From Plasmodiophora brassicae (Eukaryota), in NCBI GenBank assembly GCA_036867785.1, contig CP145409.1:1612001-1676000 (forward strand): a stretch of 64,000 nt of DNA. Reading direction: 5' to 3'. The stretch's first letter is position 1, and every line of letters begins with the position of its first letter. Shown in pieces: positions 25,887 to 38,769 of the stretch. The notes beneath the pieces are model-generated. The model worked only from the letters and a program-made list of their open reading frames with translations. It was not told where the DNA came from and did not search any database. A program made the translations under genes and the position numbers.

Positions 25887-26630
25887 CTACTGCTGATGGC
25901 GTCGTCGCGACTGCTGTTGCTGCTGTTGCCGTCGCAGCCGCAGACGAAGTAGAGCTTGCTGCTGTCGCTGCTGGTTCTCCGCGTCTTCCTCCTCGTGCTG
26001 TCGAAGCCGTCGCTGCTGCTGCTGCTGCTGCTGTTTGCGTCCCTGCTGCTGTTTGCGTCCCTGCTGCTGTTTGCGTTCCCTCTTCTGCTGCACTGGCTTG
26101 AGATGCTGTTGCTGCAACAGTTGGCTGCGACTCTTCTGCTGCGGTTGCACGCGATGGAGGTGTTGCTGACGCGGCTGCTTGCGAGGCTGGTGCTGCGTCG
26201 GCTGCCTGCGTTGGCTTTGCGGCTGCGGCAGCGTACGATGCTGCTGGTACCTGCCTTGCCGCATGCGACGCTGCTGCTCCAGATTGCGCTCCTCGGCCCT
26301 GGCGAGGGCGCAATAGTGGACGTAGAGTCGCTTGAGGACGAGGCGTGTCCAGAACAGCAGCCGTGCGTCCCGCTGCGGCTGATCGTGTTGCTGGTCCACC
26401 AGCCAGTCGAGGCCGACGACCTCCTGCAGCGTCTGTAGACCGGCGAAGAGACGCAGCCGGTCTTCGTGCGGTACGCGGTCCTGATCCTGGACCGGCTGCG
26501 ACGACGTCAGCAGGCCATACACGAGATCTAGGACGTCATCTGGCAGCGACGACAGGGCATCGAAGAAGACGACTGCCATGTGCGCCGGTTGTTGTTGCGC
26601 CTGGCCGCCCTGCTCCTGCCGCTGTGGCAT
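25887..26630 (-). CDS. Hypothetical Gln/Arg-rich protein
   Basis: Open ORF with a helical N-terminal part and poly-Q/GRKQQQ repeats; start uncertain. Confidence 0.55.
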   Translation of the reverse strand: MPQRQEQGGQAQQQPAHMAVVFFDALSSLPDDVLDLVYGLLTSSQPVQDQDRVPHEDRLRLFAGLQTLQEVVGLDWLVDQQHDQPQRDARLLFWTRLVLKRLYVHYCALARAEERNLEQQRRMRQGRYQQHRTLPQPQSQRRQPTQHQPRKQPRQQHLHRVQPQQKSRSQLLQQQHLKPVQQKRERKQQQGRKQQQGRKQQQQQQQRRLRQHEEEDAENQQRQQQALLRLRLRRQQQQQQSRRRHQQ

Positions 26631-26953
26631 CTTGACACCTGCTATCAGACTGAGCAAGCTCCGAAGGTCCAGACACGCTGACAGTCAGTTGGCACGTGCC
26701 ACCCGGACTGGCCGTCCGACTGGGGGATCGGCCGAACTGAATCTGACTGCAGATATCATCACCCCATTGTCGGCCGGACGCCTGCCAACCATCCGACCGA
26801 GGAAGACATGTCGACCCCCATGTGCCAAGCGGGCACCCATCGGATCCCGTCCTGACCGTTGGCCCTGGTGGAGCTGTGCGCGCGTCCCTGTCCATCGGGG
26901 ACAGCGACACTGATCACACGTGGACGAGAACAGTGTGGCTCCACGATGTATTA

Positions 26954-29150
26954 CTACGTGGCACCGTACCGATGGCGGTGTATCGGGGCTTGCATCCGCT
27001 GTCGCATGAGGGACCATGGGGTCGCGACGATATTCACCGACGCGCCGTTGTCGCCGAACCTGGCCAGCGCGACCGGGCTGCCGACGAAATCCAGGAGGGA
27101 GACGGCCGTGCTGTGTCGGACAACACGATCGGGGACGCCGCTGCCGTTCTGGTGGTGAACGGCAGCACGATGCATCGTCAACGACTTCGGAACCGCGGTC
27201 GTCACTGGACTCTCGACCGACAGGTCCACCTTGGCGATGAACGACGATGCGACCAGCATGGCCTTCGACATGTCATTCGGCTGGAACTCGATACGGGAAA
27301 CGGATGAACCACCGCGAAGCAGGCGAAGCGATGCCCGATTGTTCGGGTCGGGTCGCAGGACCGGCGCGCCGTTCCTCACCGACCACTCGGTGAACGACGC
27401 ACGGTCCAGGTCGAACAGCTGGAACGATAACGACGCCAACGCCACCGCGATAATCGACGGCGATTGGAATTGCAACGCGGTGATCGCCGATGGGAACCGG
27501 GGCAGGGTCCCCACCAGGGACAGGTCCTTCAGGTCGAACACGTTGACCGCGCCATCCGCGTCCGCAACGGCGATCCGCCCATGGCTGACACACAGTCGTG
27601 TCGCGTTGGCGATCGGCACTTGTCCAGCGACGTCCTCCTCACCGCCGTCGTGGCGCAACGTCAGCCGACCGTCGAGGCCGACGACAACCAGCGACCGAGA
27701 ATCGCTCGAGAACGCGACAAGACTGGAAGGAGGCAGGCCAGTGCCGGCCTTGCGAACAGTCCCGTTCGGCAGAATGTCGAGAACGTGGGTCGACCTGTCA
27801 GCACCGTTCAGAACCTGATTGGCAGAGTGACCTCGAGGCGCAGCACCAACCTGGTCGTCGCCGTGACGATGCGGGACCCGTCAGGAGCCATGGCGAATGT
27901 CAGAAGCGGTCGTGACGTCTCGATGCGAGCCAGGCGATGGCCGTTCTCGAATACGTCAATAGAGTCGTCGTCGTTGTTTCGCGCAGCGACCCGCACGAAG
28001 GAGGCGTCGGCGTCTGCGGTGACATGGAAGACCGGAGGCGACAGCGAGTACTCGCCAGCGAGTTGGACGCAGATCTGGGCGTCCATACCAGCTGACACGA
28101 TTGCGTTCTCGTTCAGCGATGCCAGGCAGAGGACGTCGGATCGGTGCAGGCGTACTTCGGAGACGACAGTGCAGTCGTTGTCAATGGAGACGATCTTATG
28201 GTCGATACCGGTGCAATGCACGAGGCCAGCGTGGACGACGACCGCGCGAATATCGGCGGCGTGGGTCGCTAGGCACCGGGACACGGTGAACGTGTCCATC
28301 GACCAGAACTGTGTCCGACCGGACGTGTCACCGGTCACAAGGGATTGCCCATCCACCGAAACGCACATGGCGGTGACGTGGGTGCCGCTCTCTGATTGCA
28401 TCTGCGAACGAACACGACCGGAAGCAACGTCGTGAACGCGGACGATGCCGTCCGCTGTTGAAACGGCAACGTTGTGTGGGTCGATAAACAGGGCACTGAC
28501 GGCACGGGACGATGCTGTCAATGACCCGGCCTGGAGTGCCTTCGTGTAGACGAGCGAGCCCTTGCTGACGTCAAACAGGCGAAGCGAACCATCCGTACAG
28601 GCCAGCGCAATCGTGCTGTGGCCATCGTACACCATGTGGAAGACGGCGCCGCCGTACGATGACGAGGATGAACGCGGGGAGCGCCGATTCACATCCCTGG
28701 ACGAACGTTATCCAACACATCGCAGGGGAATTGGCCAAACGTGGTTACCATTCGACAATCTGTGCATCGAGGCCGCAAGAGAACAGGCGACCTCCCACCC
28801 AGGCCAGGCCAGTAATCACCGAATCCTTGCTGAGACGGGGTATCACCTATGCGCATCTGTCAAGAAACGGACCAAATGAATCACGGTCCGATTGTGCATA
28901 CAAAGAGACAAGATACGATGCGCTGGTGCACAGCACATATCTCGATCTGGCCGTTCTCGCGTGCAATAGCGATTCGGCCGGGAGCTTCAGCCGCCATGGC
29001 TACAACACCGCGAGGAACGACCTCGTTCACATCAAAGAATCGCAGCTGTGTCTTGCCAGCGCACTCGTTAGTGCTCGATGCAGCTGTGTCCGCATTATCG
29101 TCGGAACGCTTCCGTTTGCGAGGTTCCTTTCGTTCAACGACGCCAACCAT
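26954..29150 (-). CDS. UTP4: U3 snoRNA-associated protein 4 (cirhin), WD40; multi-exon
   Basis: [13 protein letters not shown]-terminal motif, WD repeats ([22 protein letters not shown]), FTEWS, C-terminal PIHRHRYG. Confidence 0.82.
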
Positions 29151-29276
29151 GGTCGGGCGTTCGCGGGAACCTTCTCAGGTCTGTCCCCGGCAGCCGCGGA
29201 CTCCGCCACGGAGTCCGTGAGCGACTCCGCAGTTCGTCGCTGCCCGTGCCTCAGACCTGCAAACTACCGCGCCGCC

Positions 29277-30425
29277 ATGAAGATGCCCAGCAACGATCCG
29301 ATCAACGACGATGCGGCGCCGCCGAGCATGAGCGGTTTCGAGTTCTGGGGCGCGACGATCCAGCCCGGCAAGGTTGTTAAGTGCGAGATCGCCGAGAACA
29401 TCCTCCATGTCACGTCGATCGCTCTGGACCTGGCAAACGTTGACGAGAAGATGGCTGGTCAGCGATCGATTCTGTATGCGGTCATGGACGACAAGCAGTT
29501 CGTGATAGCCTCGCTGCGCGAGGGCGGTTGTGAGCAGATCTCGGTCGACTTCCTGTTCCGGGAGAGCAAGCCGTTCAAGTTCAAGCTTGTCGGCAAGCTT
29601 CCGGTCCATCTGGTCGGTTATCTGCAGCCGCTGATGGACCTCGACGACGATAGCGACGACGAGGACTTCGAGGGTTCCGAGGAAGACATTTCCGAAGAGG
29701 AATCCGATGAGGAGATGATCGATGCTGAGTCTGGCGACGAGGATGTCGAAGCAGAAGACGACGAGGAAGAGAGCGGTGAGGAAGATGATGAACCCGTCGA
29801 GAAGGCTGCACCATCCCGCGCGGCTGGTGGCCAGAAGCGTCCCAACGACGTATCTGAGGACAAGCCTCAGCAGATCAAGAAGCAGAAGCAGCAGGAGAAG
29901 CAACAGCAACAAAAGCAGCAGCAGAAGCCGCCACAGCAGAAGAAGGAGCAGGAACAGCCGAAGAAGAAGGGCGTTGCCGAGTCTCCTGCCCTTGCGAAAA
30001 AGGACGCGCAGCAGCAGCAGCAGAAGCAAGCTGAGACGCCAAAGCAAGCCGAGCCATCTGGTGCCGAGGCGCCCAACAAGGACGGGTTCGTGAAGGTGTT
30101 TGGCGGCGTCATGATCAAGGACACGAAGATCGGCGAAGGCAAGGTGGCCGCCAAGGGCAAGCGCCTGGGCGTTACCTACAAGGGCATGTTGAAGAACGGC
30201 AAGGTCTTCGACAGCAACACGGACTCCAACAAGCCGTTCCACTTCAAGCTCGGCAACGGCGACGTTATCAAGGCCTGGGACGTCGGGTTCGCCGGCATGA
30301 AGGTCGGCGGCAAGAGGACCATCGTCTGCCCGCCCAAGATGGCGTATGGCAAGGAAGGTGCCCCTCCCGCCATCCCTCCCAACTCCGTCCTCATCTTCGA
30401 GGTTGAATTGTGCCATGTCAAATGA
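29277..30425 (+). CDS. Nucleoplasmin-like domain FKBP peptidyl-prolyl isomerase (FKBP53/Fpr3/Fpr4 type); start at 29277 or 29328
   Basis: FWG..I.PGK NPL domain, acidic tract, Lys/Gln-rich linker, FKBP domain ([20 protein letters not shown]). Confidence 0.92.
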   Translation: MKMPSNDPINDDAAPPSMSGFEFWGATIQPGKVVKCEIAENILHVTSIALDLANVDEKMAGQRSILYAVMDDKQFVIASLREGGCEQISVDFLFRESKPFKFKLVGKLPVHLVGYLQPLMDLDDDSDDEDFEGSEEDISEEESDEEMIDAESGDEDVEAEDDEEESGEEDDEPVEKAAPSRAAGGQKRPNDVSEDKPQQIKKQKQQEKQQQQKQQQKPPQQKKEQEQPKKKGVAESPALAKKDAQQQQQKQAETPKQAEPSGAEAPNKDGFVKVFGGVMIKDTKIGEGKVAAKGKRLGVTYKGMLKNGKVFDSNTDSNKPFHFKLGNGDVIKAWDVGFAGMKVGGKRTIVCPPKMAYGKEGAPPAIPPNSVLIFEVELCHVK

Positions 30426-30634
30426 TTTCAGTCCAATACAACACATTCTATCCACCAGTATCACCACAAGCTATGTACTGCCTTGCATGGTACTGTGTAG
30501 GTATGCCGCTGGTCGCGCAAACGAAGTGACCCGCGGCGCGAAGTGCGCGACTGACCAAACCCGGGACGAACGGTCACCACCAGTCCACTGTCGATTGCGA
30601 CTAGAATCCGAATAGTGGGATACGGCTGACACCG

Positions 30635-31393
30635 ATGCTGTCGACGCTTCTTGCTCTAATTGCTGGTGTGGCCTGCGTCCAGAGCGCGATTGTGTTTACC
30701 GTCGCTGACGTAGGGCGTTGCCGCACGCTCGTTGAGCGGTTTTATCGCGACCCAGGCCTCAACTCCATATCAGGTAACCGCTATCTTCCCGATCCGGAAT
30801 ACTCTCCCGGCGGCCAGTATATCATTGCTCAGAGCGAGCTCAGCCACGCTGGGGAGTTCAACTTCGTCGCTTGCGACCGTATGGGCGACAACGTCACGTT
30901 CGTTGGCGAGTTCACGATCAAGCGAAATAAGGAGCTCGAAAACGATACAGCGAATCCGTACGCGGCTTGGTACATCTTCGAAAACTTTGGTATCGTTCCT
31001 TCAATGCGGCGACGTGGGATTGCACGTGCGGCACTCCTGCCGATGATTCGACATTTCCACGCAAACCAGCCCGATGGTGTCCCGGCGTCAAAAGCGGTCG
31101 CGTTCGCGTTAACAGATAACTGGGGCGCGTTCGAGCTGTACCTTCACAGCGGGTTCCTTCGAAACGTGGTCCTGCTCAAGGGCCGGGAAGAACACATCTT
31201 CAGTAACGCCCGGCTTGCGCGCCTGGATGCTCTTCAAACCATTGGATCCGCATCTAACTGTACAGGACCGCACAAGTTTCGAGGTGCGTCCTTTGCCCGG
31301 TTTGTCGACGACCCCGAAGCAGAGGCCACAGCGCATGCCAATACCGAGGTCATCAAGGCCGCCTGCTCGTGGCTTCGCACCAATGGGCATTAG
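30635..31393 (+). CDS. Secreted GNAT-family acetyltransferase-like protein, 252 aa
   Basis: Signal peptide MLSTLLALIAGVACVQS; motif A FGIVPSMRRRGIA; motif B NWGAFELYLHSGF. Confidence 0.8.
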   Translation: MLSTLLALIAGVACVQSAIVFTVADVGRCRTLVERFYRDPGLNSISGNRYLPDPEYSPGGQYIIAQSELSHAGEFNFVACDRMGDNVTFVGEFTIKRNKELENDTANPYAAWYIFENFGIVPSMRRRGIARAALLPMIRHFHANQPDGVPASKAVAFALTDNWGAFELYLHSGFLRNVVLLKGREEHIFSNARLARLDALQTIGSASNCTGPHKFRGASFARFVDDPEAEATAHANTEVIKAACSWLRTNGH

Positions 31394-31587
31394 CATCCGG
31401 TGAACCAATGACCATAAAAACTGCCCAGCCCTCAGGCGTGCCCAGACACACGCTTGCATGCACGTGCTGCTTGTACAGAACGGATACTATATGCTGGATT
31501 GTATGCGGTCGCAGCTGGCACCAGTACATAGTCCACCTGGGCACAACTGGAACCGCCAGATGGTCCATTTTGGGATGCGGTTTGGGC

Positions 31588-32309
31588 ATGTTCGGTCTGA
31601 TCGGGTACCTGTGGGGCAAGGCGTTCGAGCGCCCATCGTACCAGGTGCTGCTGGTCGGGCTGGACAACGCCGGCAAGACGTCGTGCGCGGAGCAGGTCCG
31701 GATCGTGTACGATGAGGGCGATCGCCGACGGACGATGCCGACGATTGCGCCGACGATCGGGTTCAATCGTAGGCGCCGCTGCTGATCACGCTCCGGTTTG
31801 GCGCGGGATGCTAACGCTGTACGTACGCTGCTGCAGTGGTTCGCGTCGACATTGCCGGGTCGGACGTCGTCCTCTGGGACGTTGGCGGCCAGGCTGGCCT
31901 ACGTATCATATGGAACAAGGTTCGGTTTCGATTCGCTGTATCTACGTGGAATGCATTTATAATTCTGTAGTATTACTCAGAATGCCATGCGATCGTTTAC
32001 GTGATCGACGCGGCCGCCCCCGAGAGGTTCGAAGAGGCGCGCAAGGAATTATCGGCATTACTGGACCACGAAGACGTTGCGGATGCGCCGCTACTCGTCC
32101 TGGCCAACAAGCAGGACCTGCCTGACGCGAAATCGGCCACAGAGGTGGAGCAGATTCTGACCCTCGAAGCTGACCGCCCGATGAAGGTCGCCGACGTGAT
32201 TGCGTTAACGGGTACCGGCATCAAACCCGCCTTCGACTGGCTCGTCGCTCAACTGCCAGAATCCAAACGGGCCGCTCGATTAGCAGCAACAAGGACGCGC
32301 TCTTCGTAG
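31588..32309 (+). CDS. ARFRP1: ARF-related small GTPase (ARFRP1/Arl3p-like); multi-exon
   Basis: MFGLIGYLW start without Gly2, GLDNAGKT, PTIGFN, WDVGGQ, LANKQD. Confidence 0.85.
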
Positions 32310-33101
32310 CGTTTAGTTGGTTTCTGTTCCCGGCTCCTGCGTTGTTGATCCGGTAACCGGTATACAGTACTGTCTATTCTGGCGCCGATCGTCCCACGTA
32401 CCGTTCTCGTCAATCGCTGATGTCATCAACCACGTCCGCATCTCTGTCGCGCTTCCTAGACCGTTATCGATATTTGACATGCGTACGATCAGCACCCTCG
32501 CCTGGCCTGTCCTGGGCGCGTCTCACGTTTGCTGGACAGCCAGACGATGGCGACCTGTTTGGTACCGCTCGAAGATACCGTCGGGTTCGCGTGAAGCTGC
32601 CGAGGGTGTCAACGTCGGGCGTCCCAGTCGGTTCGCCAATGACGACAGCGCAAGCGCAGGACGCGAATGCAACGGACGCTGCAGGGCAATCAGTAACTTC
32701 GGATAACGGTTGCGTCCCAAGTGCTGCCCGCTGTGCCACTACTGTGCAAGTAGTAGATGCCAGCACATCGACCTGTGATGCGACAGTACCGTTTTCATCT
32801 GCCGACGCAAATCGTGGTGCATGTTACGCGCGAGACCTGGCCGAATCTGTCCGGCGAACCCGAACTGTTCTCGCGAGCCTGGTCCACGTGCAAGAACGCG
32901 TCATGCCGACGTCGCAGGTACAGCCGCAGGTGCAGAACGAACGTCACCTGGGACTCCTGCAGGAGCTCTGCAATCTTCACCGTTCCGCCTACCCAGTGGC
33001 GAACGATCATCGCTCGTGGCGCCCAGTACAGCGGGTGGGTGGTGTCTCCAGGACAATGACAAACGTAGAATCCCGCAGAGGGCACACACCGATATAAAAG
33101 C

Positions 33102-33207
33102 TTCGTGCAACAAAACTCGACGCCAAAACCCAAAGCGAACCGCTGCGAATCGAAAATTCGTGCAACAAAACTCGACGCCAAAACCCAAAGCGAACCGCTC
33201 CGAATCG
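33102..33207 (+). repeat. About 51-bp direct repeat (period 55) duplicating the tRNA 3' end and trailer
   Basis: ttcgtgcaacaaaactcgacgccaaaacccaaagcgaaccgct(g/c)cgaatcg at 33102 and 33157. Confidence 0.9.
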
Positions 33208-33269
33208 GGGAATCGAACCCCGGTCTCATCCGTGACAGGGATGCATACTGGCCACTATACGAATTCGGA
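33198..33269 (-). tRNA. tRNA-Asp(GTC)
   Basis: 72-nt cloverleaf: acceptor TCCGAAT/ATTCGGA, anticodon arm CATCC-CTGTCAC-GGATG, T arm CGGGG-TTCGATT-CCCCG, discriminator G. Confidence 0.97.
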
Positions 33270-33551
33270 TGGGCGGTTGAACGGCGCGTCGAGGTCGCAC
33301 CCCTCCTCGGTGAGAGCAACGTCCGCCGTCGCTATGACCGGCGCCGTGCACACTGCCACGTGTCTTCAGCGTCCTCCTGCTCATGCACGAAACACATAAA
33401 ATGGCCAGGTCCGCCTGCCCAGCCGGCGTGGACTGGGGTAGGTACAAGAGGGGGCAGCGCTCCCGGTTTCCATCGTTCGGCACAGACTCGAAAACAGGGG
33501 AAGGCAGCGCTCGCCGCCGCCAGTCGTTGCGTTCGCCGGCACCGAGCGCAG

Positions 33552-36500
33552 ATGCAACTTCGATACCTGAAGAGCATTCGCGATGCGGCGGGGGACGCCC
33601 CCGCCGAAGGCGACCTGCCGCAACGGGTGGTCGCCCTGTCCTGGGCGCCGAACGGCTCCCGATTAGCGGCGGCCACCTCCGATCGGCAAATCCTGCTCTT
33701 CGACGACGCTGGCACCCAGCGCGATCGTTTCTCATTGAAACCCGCCGGCAAGGTGCCGCCGAAACGTTGGTTCGTAATCGCGTCGCCGTGCTGACCCCGA
33801 TCCAGACCGGGGCGAAGGACTTCCTCATACGGGGCATCGAGTTCTCGCCCGATTCCACAAAGCTGGCGGTCGCCCAGACCGACAACGTCGTCTTCGTCTA
33901 CAACCTGGGCGGGACCTGGGACGACAGGAAGACGGTCTGCAACAAGTTCCCGTCAAAGTCGCCGTGCACGTCGCTGACCTGGCCGTCCCTGCGCCCCGAT
34001 GAGCTCGTCTACGGCAGCGCCGAGGGCAAGCTTCGCGTCGGCCTCCTGCGGAACAACAAATCGGCCACGCTGTTCGACGCCGACAGCGCCGTTGTCGCCA
34101 TGGCCGCCGGCCCCGACGGCCACTCGTTCGCAAGCGCCCACGCCGACGGGAACATCTACCGGTACACGTTCCCGACCGGGTCGTCGCCCGCCACGAAAGC
34201 GCTGGTCGTACGCCTGGCGTTCGCACCGTACTGCCTGGCGTGGTCGACTTCGGCGCTGGTCGCCGCTGGCAACGCCGACGTCGTCCAGTTCTTCAGCGCC
34301 CAGGGCGACTTGCTGCAGCGGTTCAAGTTCGAGCCGGGCGGGGACAACCTGAAAGAGTTCACGGGCGCCGCGTTCGCGCCCAGCGGCAAGGGCGTCGTTC
34401 TCGGGAATTACCATCAGTTCGTGAGCTTCGCATGGAGCGAGCAGCAGGGGCGCTGGGAGCGCGTTCCATCGCCTCGCATGGAGAACCTGTACACCATCAC
34501 GGCCGTGCAATGGAAAGCGGATGGATCGCGACTCGTGACGGCGTCGATGACAGGCGCCATCGACGTGTTCGATTCCTGCCTGCGACGGTACACGTACCGG
34601 CAGACGTTCGAGGTCACGTTCACGTCGTTGTCGTCGCTGATCGTCCGGCACCTGACGAAAGGGGCGCTGTCGATCACGATTGCTTCGCGGGCAACCTCGC
34701 CCATCGTCAAGGTCGACATCTACCACGACCGGTACGTCATCGCCCGGACGCGAGACACGTTGATCGCCGGCGATATGGTCACGCAGGCGACCAGCGAGGT
34801 TCGCGGCCTCGGCGTCACTGGGACGGCGTCGAACGCGAAGACAAAGTTCGTTTTCGGGTCGCCGGGCGTCGTCATGGTGTTCAGCGCCGGCGAGCTGTCG
34901 ATCGTCGCGTTCGGCAACGACAACGTGATCGGGTCGTGCCGCACCGAGCACGCGTCGACGCACCTGGTCAGCCTGCGGATCGATAAGGCGCGTGGCAAGT
35001 ACACGACAGGTGCAGTCCCGGAGTTTGTTCGCGTTTGCGCTGGCCCACAGGTGCCTGACGGACGGCGCACGTTGCGCAGATGTGAAGCGCATCGCGTACC
35101 TGCTGGACCTGCAGACGATCGTCATCCTGGACCTGGAGTCGGGCGTGACGATTGCGACCGTGAACCACGACGCCGATATCGACTGGCTGGAGATGAACGG
35201 CCGCGCAACGAAGCTTCTCTTCCGGGACCGGCACCGCATTCTGCACCTGTTCGACGTCGAGCGGCAGCACCGGACGACGTTGTCGTCGTTCGCGAACTAC
35301 GCGCAATGGGTGCCCGATGCGGACGTCGTCGTGGCGCAGAACCGCACGAACCTGCTCGTCTGGTACAACATCGACCAGACCGAGCAGCTGACGACGATCC
35401 CGATCAAGGGCGACGTCCTGCAGATCGAACGCGCCAATGGCGCCACGACCGTCACTGTCGATGAAGGCGGCGGGCAACGCCAACGGTACCCGCTGGACGA
35501 ATCCCTGATCTCGTTCGGGGCGGCCGTCGAATCCGGCCAGTACGAACAAGGTAGGCGGGCCCCTCCCCCCTGTTGACCATGGCCCGCGAAGGAGGCACCA
35601 CTGAGCGACAACGTTGCAGTCGTTGCCGCTCTGGAACGCGTCGGCGAGGAGTCTCCCGAATCGGAATCGATGTGGGCGCGTGTGGCGGCGCTGGCCCTGT
35701 CGGATGGCAACCTGGCCGTCGCCGAGCGATGCTACGTCGCTCTGGGCGACATGTCGCGCGCCCGGGCGGTGCACTCGATCGCGCGTCAGTCGGAGCGCCT
35801 GGGCGCGTCGTCGCCCGATGTGCAGGCGGCGCTGGCGCTGCTGTCCGGCAACGTGCTGCGCGCCGAAGCGATCCTCGTCGGGGCGGGCCGCATCGAGGAC
35901 GCGATCGACATGTACATCCGGCTGCACAAATGGGAGAACGCGCTGGCGATCGCGGAAGCGCGCGGGTACACCGGCCTGGACGCGCTTCGCAAGCGGTACT
36001 TTGAGGTGCTGGTCGCGTCCGGCCAGGAGGTCAAAGCGGGCGACCTGCTGGAGCGCCAGGGCGACCACGTCGGTGCGATCCACCTGTACATCAAAGGCGG
36101 CGGGGCGGCGCACGCCGCCGCCCTCGTCGTTCAGCACGGCCTGACGAGCGACACGACGCTGATGGAGCAGATCGTGTCCGGGTTGATATCGGGCGGCCTG
36201 CTGGAGAAGGCGGGCGACTTCATGCAGGACCTGGGCATGCTGGAGCGCGCCCTGGCGGCGTACCAGGACGGCCACGCGTACGGCCGCGCGATCGACCTGT
36301 GCCGGCGCGCGTTCCCGGCGCGCGTCGTGCAGGTCGAGGAGATGTGGGGCGACCACCTGGCGACGCTGGGCCACTGGGACGCCGCGTCCAACCACTTCAT
36401 CGAGGCCGCCCGGTACGTCAAGGCGATCAACGCGGCGATCGAGGCGCGCCAGTACGGGAAGGCGGCGCAGATCCTCGGCAACATCGACGCGGACCAGGCG

Positions 36501-38769
36501 CGCCCGTTCTTCAAGCGCATCGCCGATCAGCTCGTGCAGGCCGGGCGCTTCCGCGACGCCGAACGCCAGTACGTCCAGGGCGGCATGCCGCTGACGGCCG
36601 TCCAGATGTGGCTGTCGCAGGGCGCGCTGGACGACGCGCATCGCGTCGCGGTCGGGTCGCTGAGCGACGCCGAGATCCGGTCGGCGTACACGGCGCAGGC
36701 GCGCGCGTTGATGGCGTCGGGCGACCTGTCGTCCGCCGAGCGCCTGTTCGTCAGCATGGGCGACCCGATGCAGGCGGCCGACATGTACAGGCAGGCGGGC
36801 CGGCAGGACGACCTGCTGCGCGTCATCCAGCGGCACCGCCCGGACCTGCTGCAGGAGACGCACGCGCGCCTGGCGCAGGACGCGGTGCAGTCCGCGAACT
36901 ACGCGACGGCCGAGGCGCACCTCGTGAAGTGCGGGCAGTGGAAGGCGGCCGTCGACATGTACAGGGAGCGCGCCAGCTGGGACGACGCGATGCGCGTCGC
37001 GAAACAGCACGGCGGCCAGGCGGCGTACGAGGTCGTCGCCTGCGCGTACGCGTCGCGTCTGGCGCCGGACGCGTCGATCGCGTTCCTCGTGTCGCGTGGG
37101 CTCGTCGACCGCGCCGTCGACGCCGCCCTCGAGCGGCACGACTTCGCCGAGGCGTTCCGGATCGGGGCGGCGGCCGCGCCCGGCAAGCTGTCCGACGTGC
37201 ACCTGCAGCTGGCCATGTCGCTGGAGGACGACGGGCGGTTCGACCAGGCGGAGACCGAGTTCGTGGCGGCCGGCAAGCCGCGCGAAGCGATCGACATGTG
37301 GATGCACCAGCAGGAATGGGCGCGCGCGTTGCAGGTCGCGCAGGCGCACGACGCCGGCGCCGTCAACGACGTCCATGTCGCGCACGGCGCCGCCCGTGAA
37401 CAACGCCAGGTCGGCACTCTCGAGCGCGCGCGCGCCCCCTCGCCCAACGTGCGCTGACGTGTGCGGCCCCAGGAGCGCCCAGCGGCGGAGGCGCTGTACG
37501 TGGCCGGCGGGCGCGTGGACCTGGCCGTGACGATGTACAGGAACGCGAGGATGTGGGACGAGGCGGTGCGCTGCGCCAAGGCCAGTGGGCGACCCGACCT
37601 GGTCGCCGACCTGCCGGCCACGCGGCCACAGGGCGTGCCCGTCCCGGCGACGCCGGTCGCCGTCGTCGTGCAGCCCGTGCTGATCCCCAGCGCCGTCGTC
37701 CAGGCGCCGGATGCTGTTGCTGCGACACACCCGGTCCCGGCGAGCGCCGACGCCCAGCTGGAGGCGCTGGCCGCCCGGGGCGACTGGCCCCAGGTCTACC
37801 AGCTCGTAAGCGGCGTGTGCGCCTTGTCCGCGCTGGGCACTGATATTCGACGGGTGGTAGGCGACGGGCGCGAACATCGCCAAGTACGCCATGGTGCACG
37901 TGCAGAAGCTGGTGCGGGCGTCCGCCTGGCAGGACGCGGTGCAGGTCCTGCTCGAGCACGGCATCCCGCCGGGCGTGGAGCACGCCCCGTTGTACAAGCA
38001 CCTGGCCCGGCAGGTGATCCAGGGCGCCATGACGCCGGCGTCGGGGTCCGACGCGGGCGCCGGCACGTTACGCGCGTTCCTGGAGCAGGTCGTCCTGCCG
38101 GGCGCCGCCCTGGCGCCCGGGTCGCCGGACCACGCCGAGATCACGCGCCTGGCGTTCATCGCCCACCTGCTGGCGGTTCGTGCCAAGGCGGACGCGATGG
38201 GCCTGAAGCGGGTGGTCGCGAAGATCGCGGTCGCTCTGCTGAGGTACGTCGGGGAGGTGCCCGTGGACAAGGCGTTCTACGAGGCGGGCAAGGCGTGCGA
38301 GGCCGCCGACTGGTCCAACATGGCGTTCGTGTTCTACAACCGGTTCGTCGACATCTGCGACCTGGTCGACGACCCGGACCACGGCGACGTGGACAACGCC
38401 GACTTCCTGGAGACGGACATCCCGGCCCCGAACCAGATCGCGATGCCGACCGACCTGTCGTACACGACGGACGCCCGGGAGCGGATCCGGGACTGGGTCC
38501 TGGAGACGGCCATGAGCAACACGAACAGCCAGGCGCTGACGCAGAGGACGTGCGAGTCGTGCGGGACGCGAACGTACACGGCGACGCTGGAGTGCCATGG
38601 CTGTCACCGGCGCCTGCCGCCGTGCATCGTCACCGGGTACCCGGTCCTCGACAGCAGCAAGGTCGAATGCGGCGCGTGCCACAAGCTGGCCAATCGCGAC
38701 GACTGGAACCGGTTCGTCACCAAGGCCAAGGCGTGCCCCTGGTGCGGGTCCGACGCTAAACCGTTCTGA
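33552..38769 (+). CDS. IFT172: Intraflagellar transport protein 172; multi-exon
   Basis: MQLRYLK start, DRFSLKPA, VCNKFP, WD40 propellers, TPR-like repeats, ALLRY, DKAFYEAG, AFVFYNRFVD, C-terminal CIVTGYPV zinc-finger-like region. Confidence 0.95.

Noticed and set aside
28659-29276. Long N-terminal extension of the FKBP ORF (similarly 23246-23551 for the lipase)
   Set aside because: The FKBP extension overlaps UTP4 on the opposite strand, and the lipase extension lies before its signal peptide; downstream ATGs fit the families better
29175-30467. 430-aa Leu-rich minus-strand ORF
   Set aside because: Antisense of the Gln/Lys-rich FKBP gene
32420-33097. 225-aa plus-strand ORF between ARFRP1 and the tRNA
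   Set aside because: No recognisable motif or confident start; might be an exon of a hypothetical gene but cannot be supported
33102-33207. Direct repeats as a CRISPR array (also 45090-45225 and 61256-61463)
   Set aside because: Only two or three units, no unique spacers, no cas genes, eukaryotic context
34968-38270. 1100-aa minus-strand ORF
   Set aside because: Antisense shadow of the GC3-rich IFT172 coding strand; Arg/Val/Ala-biased with no motifs
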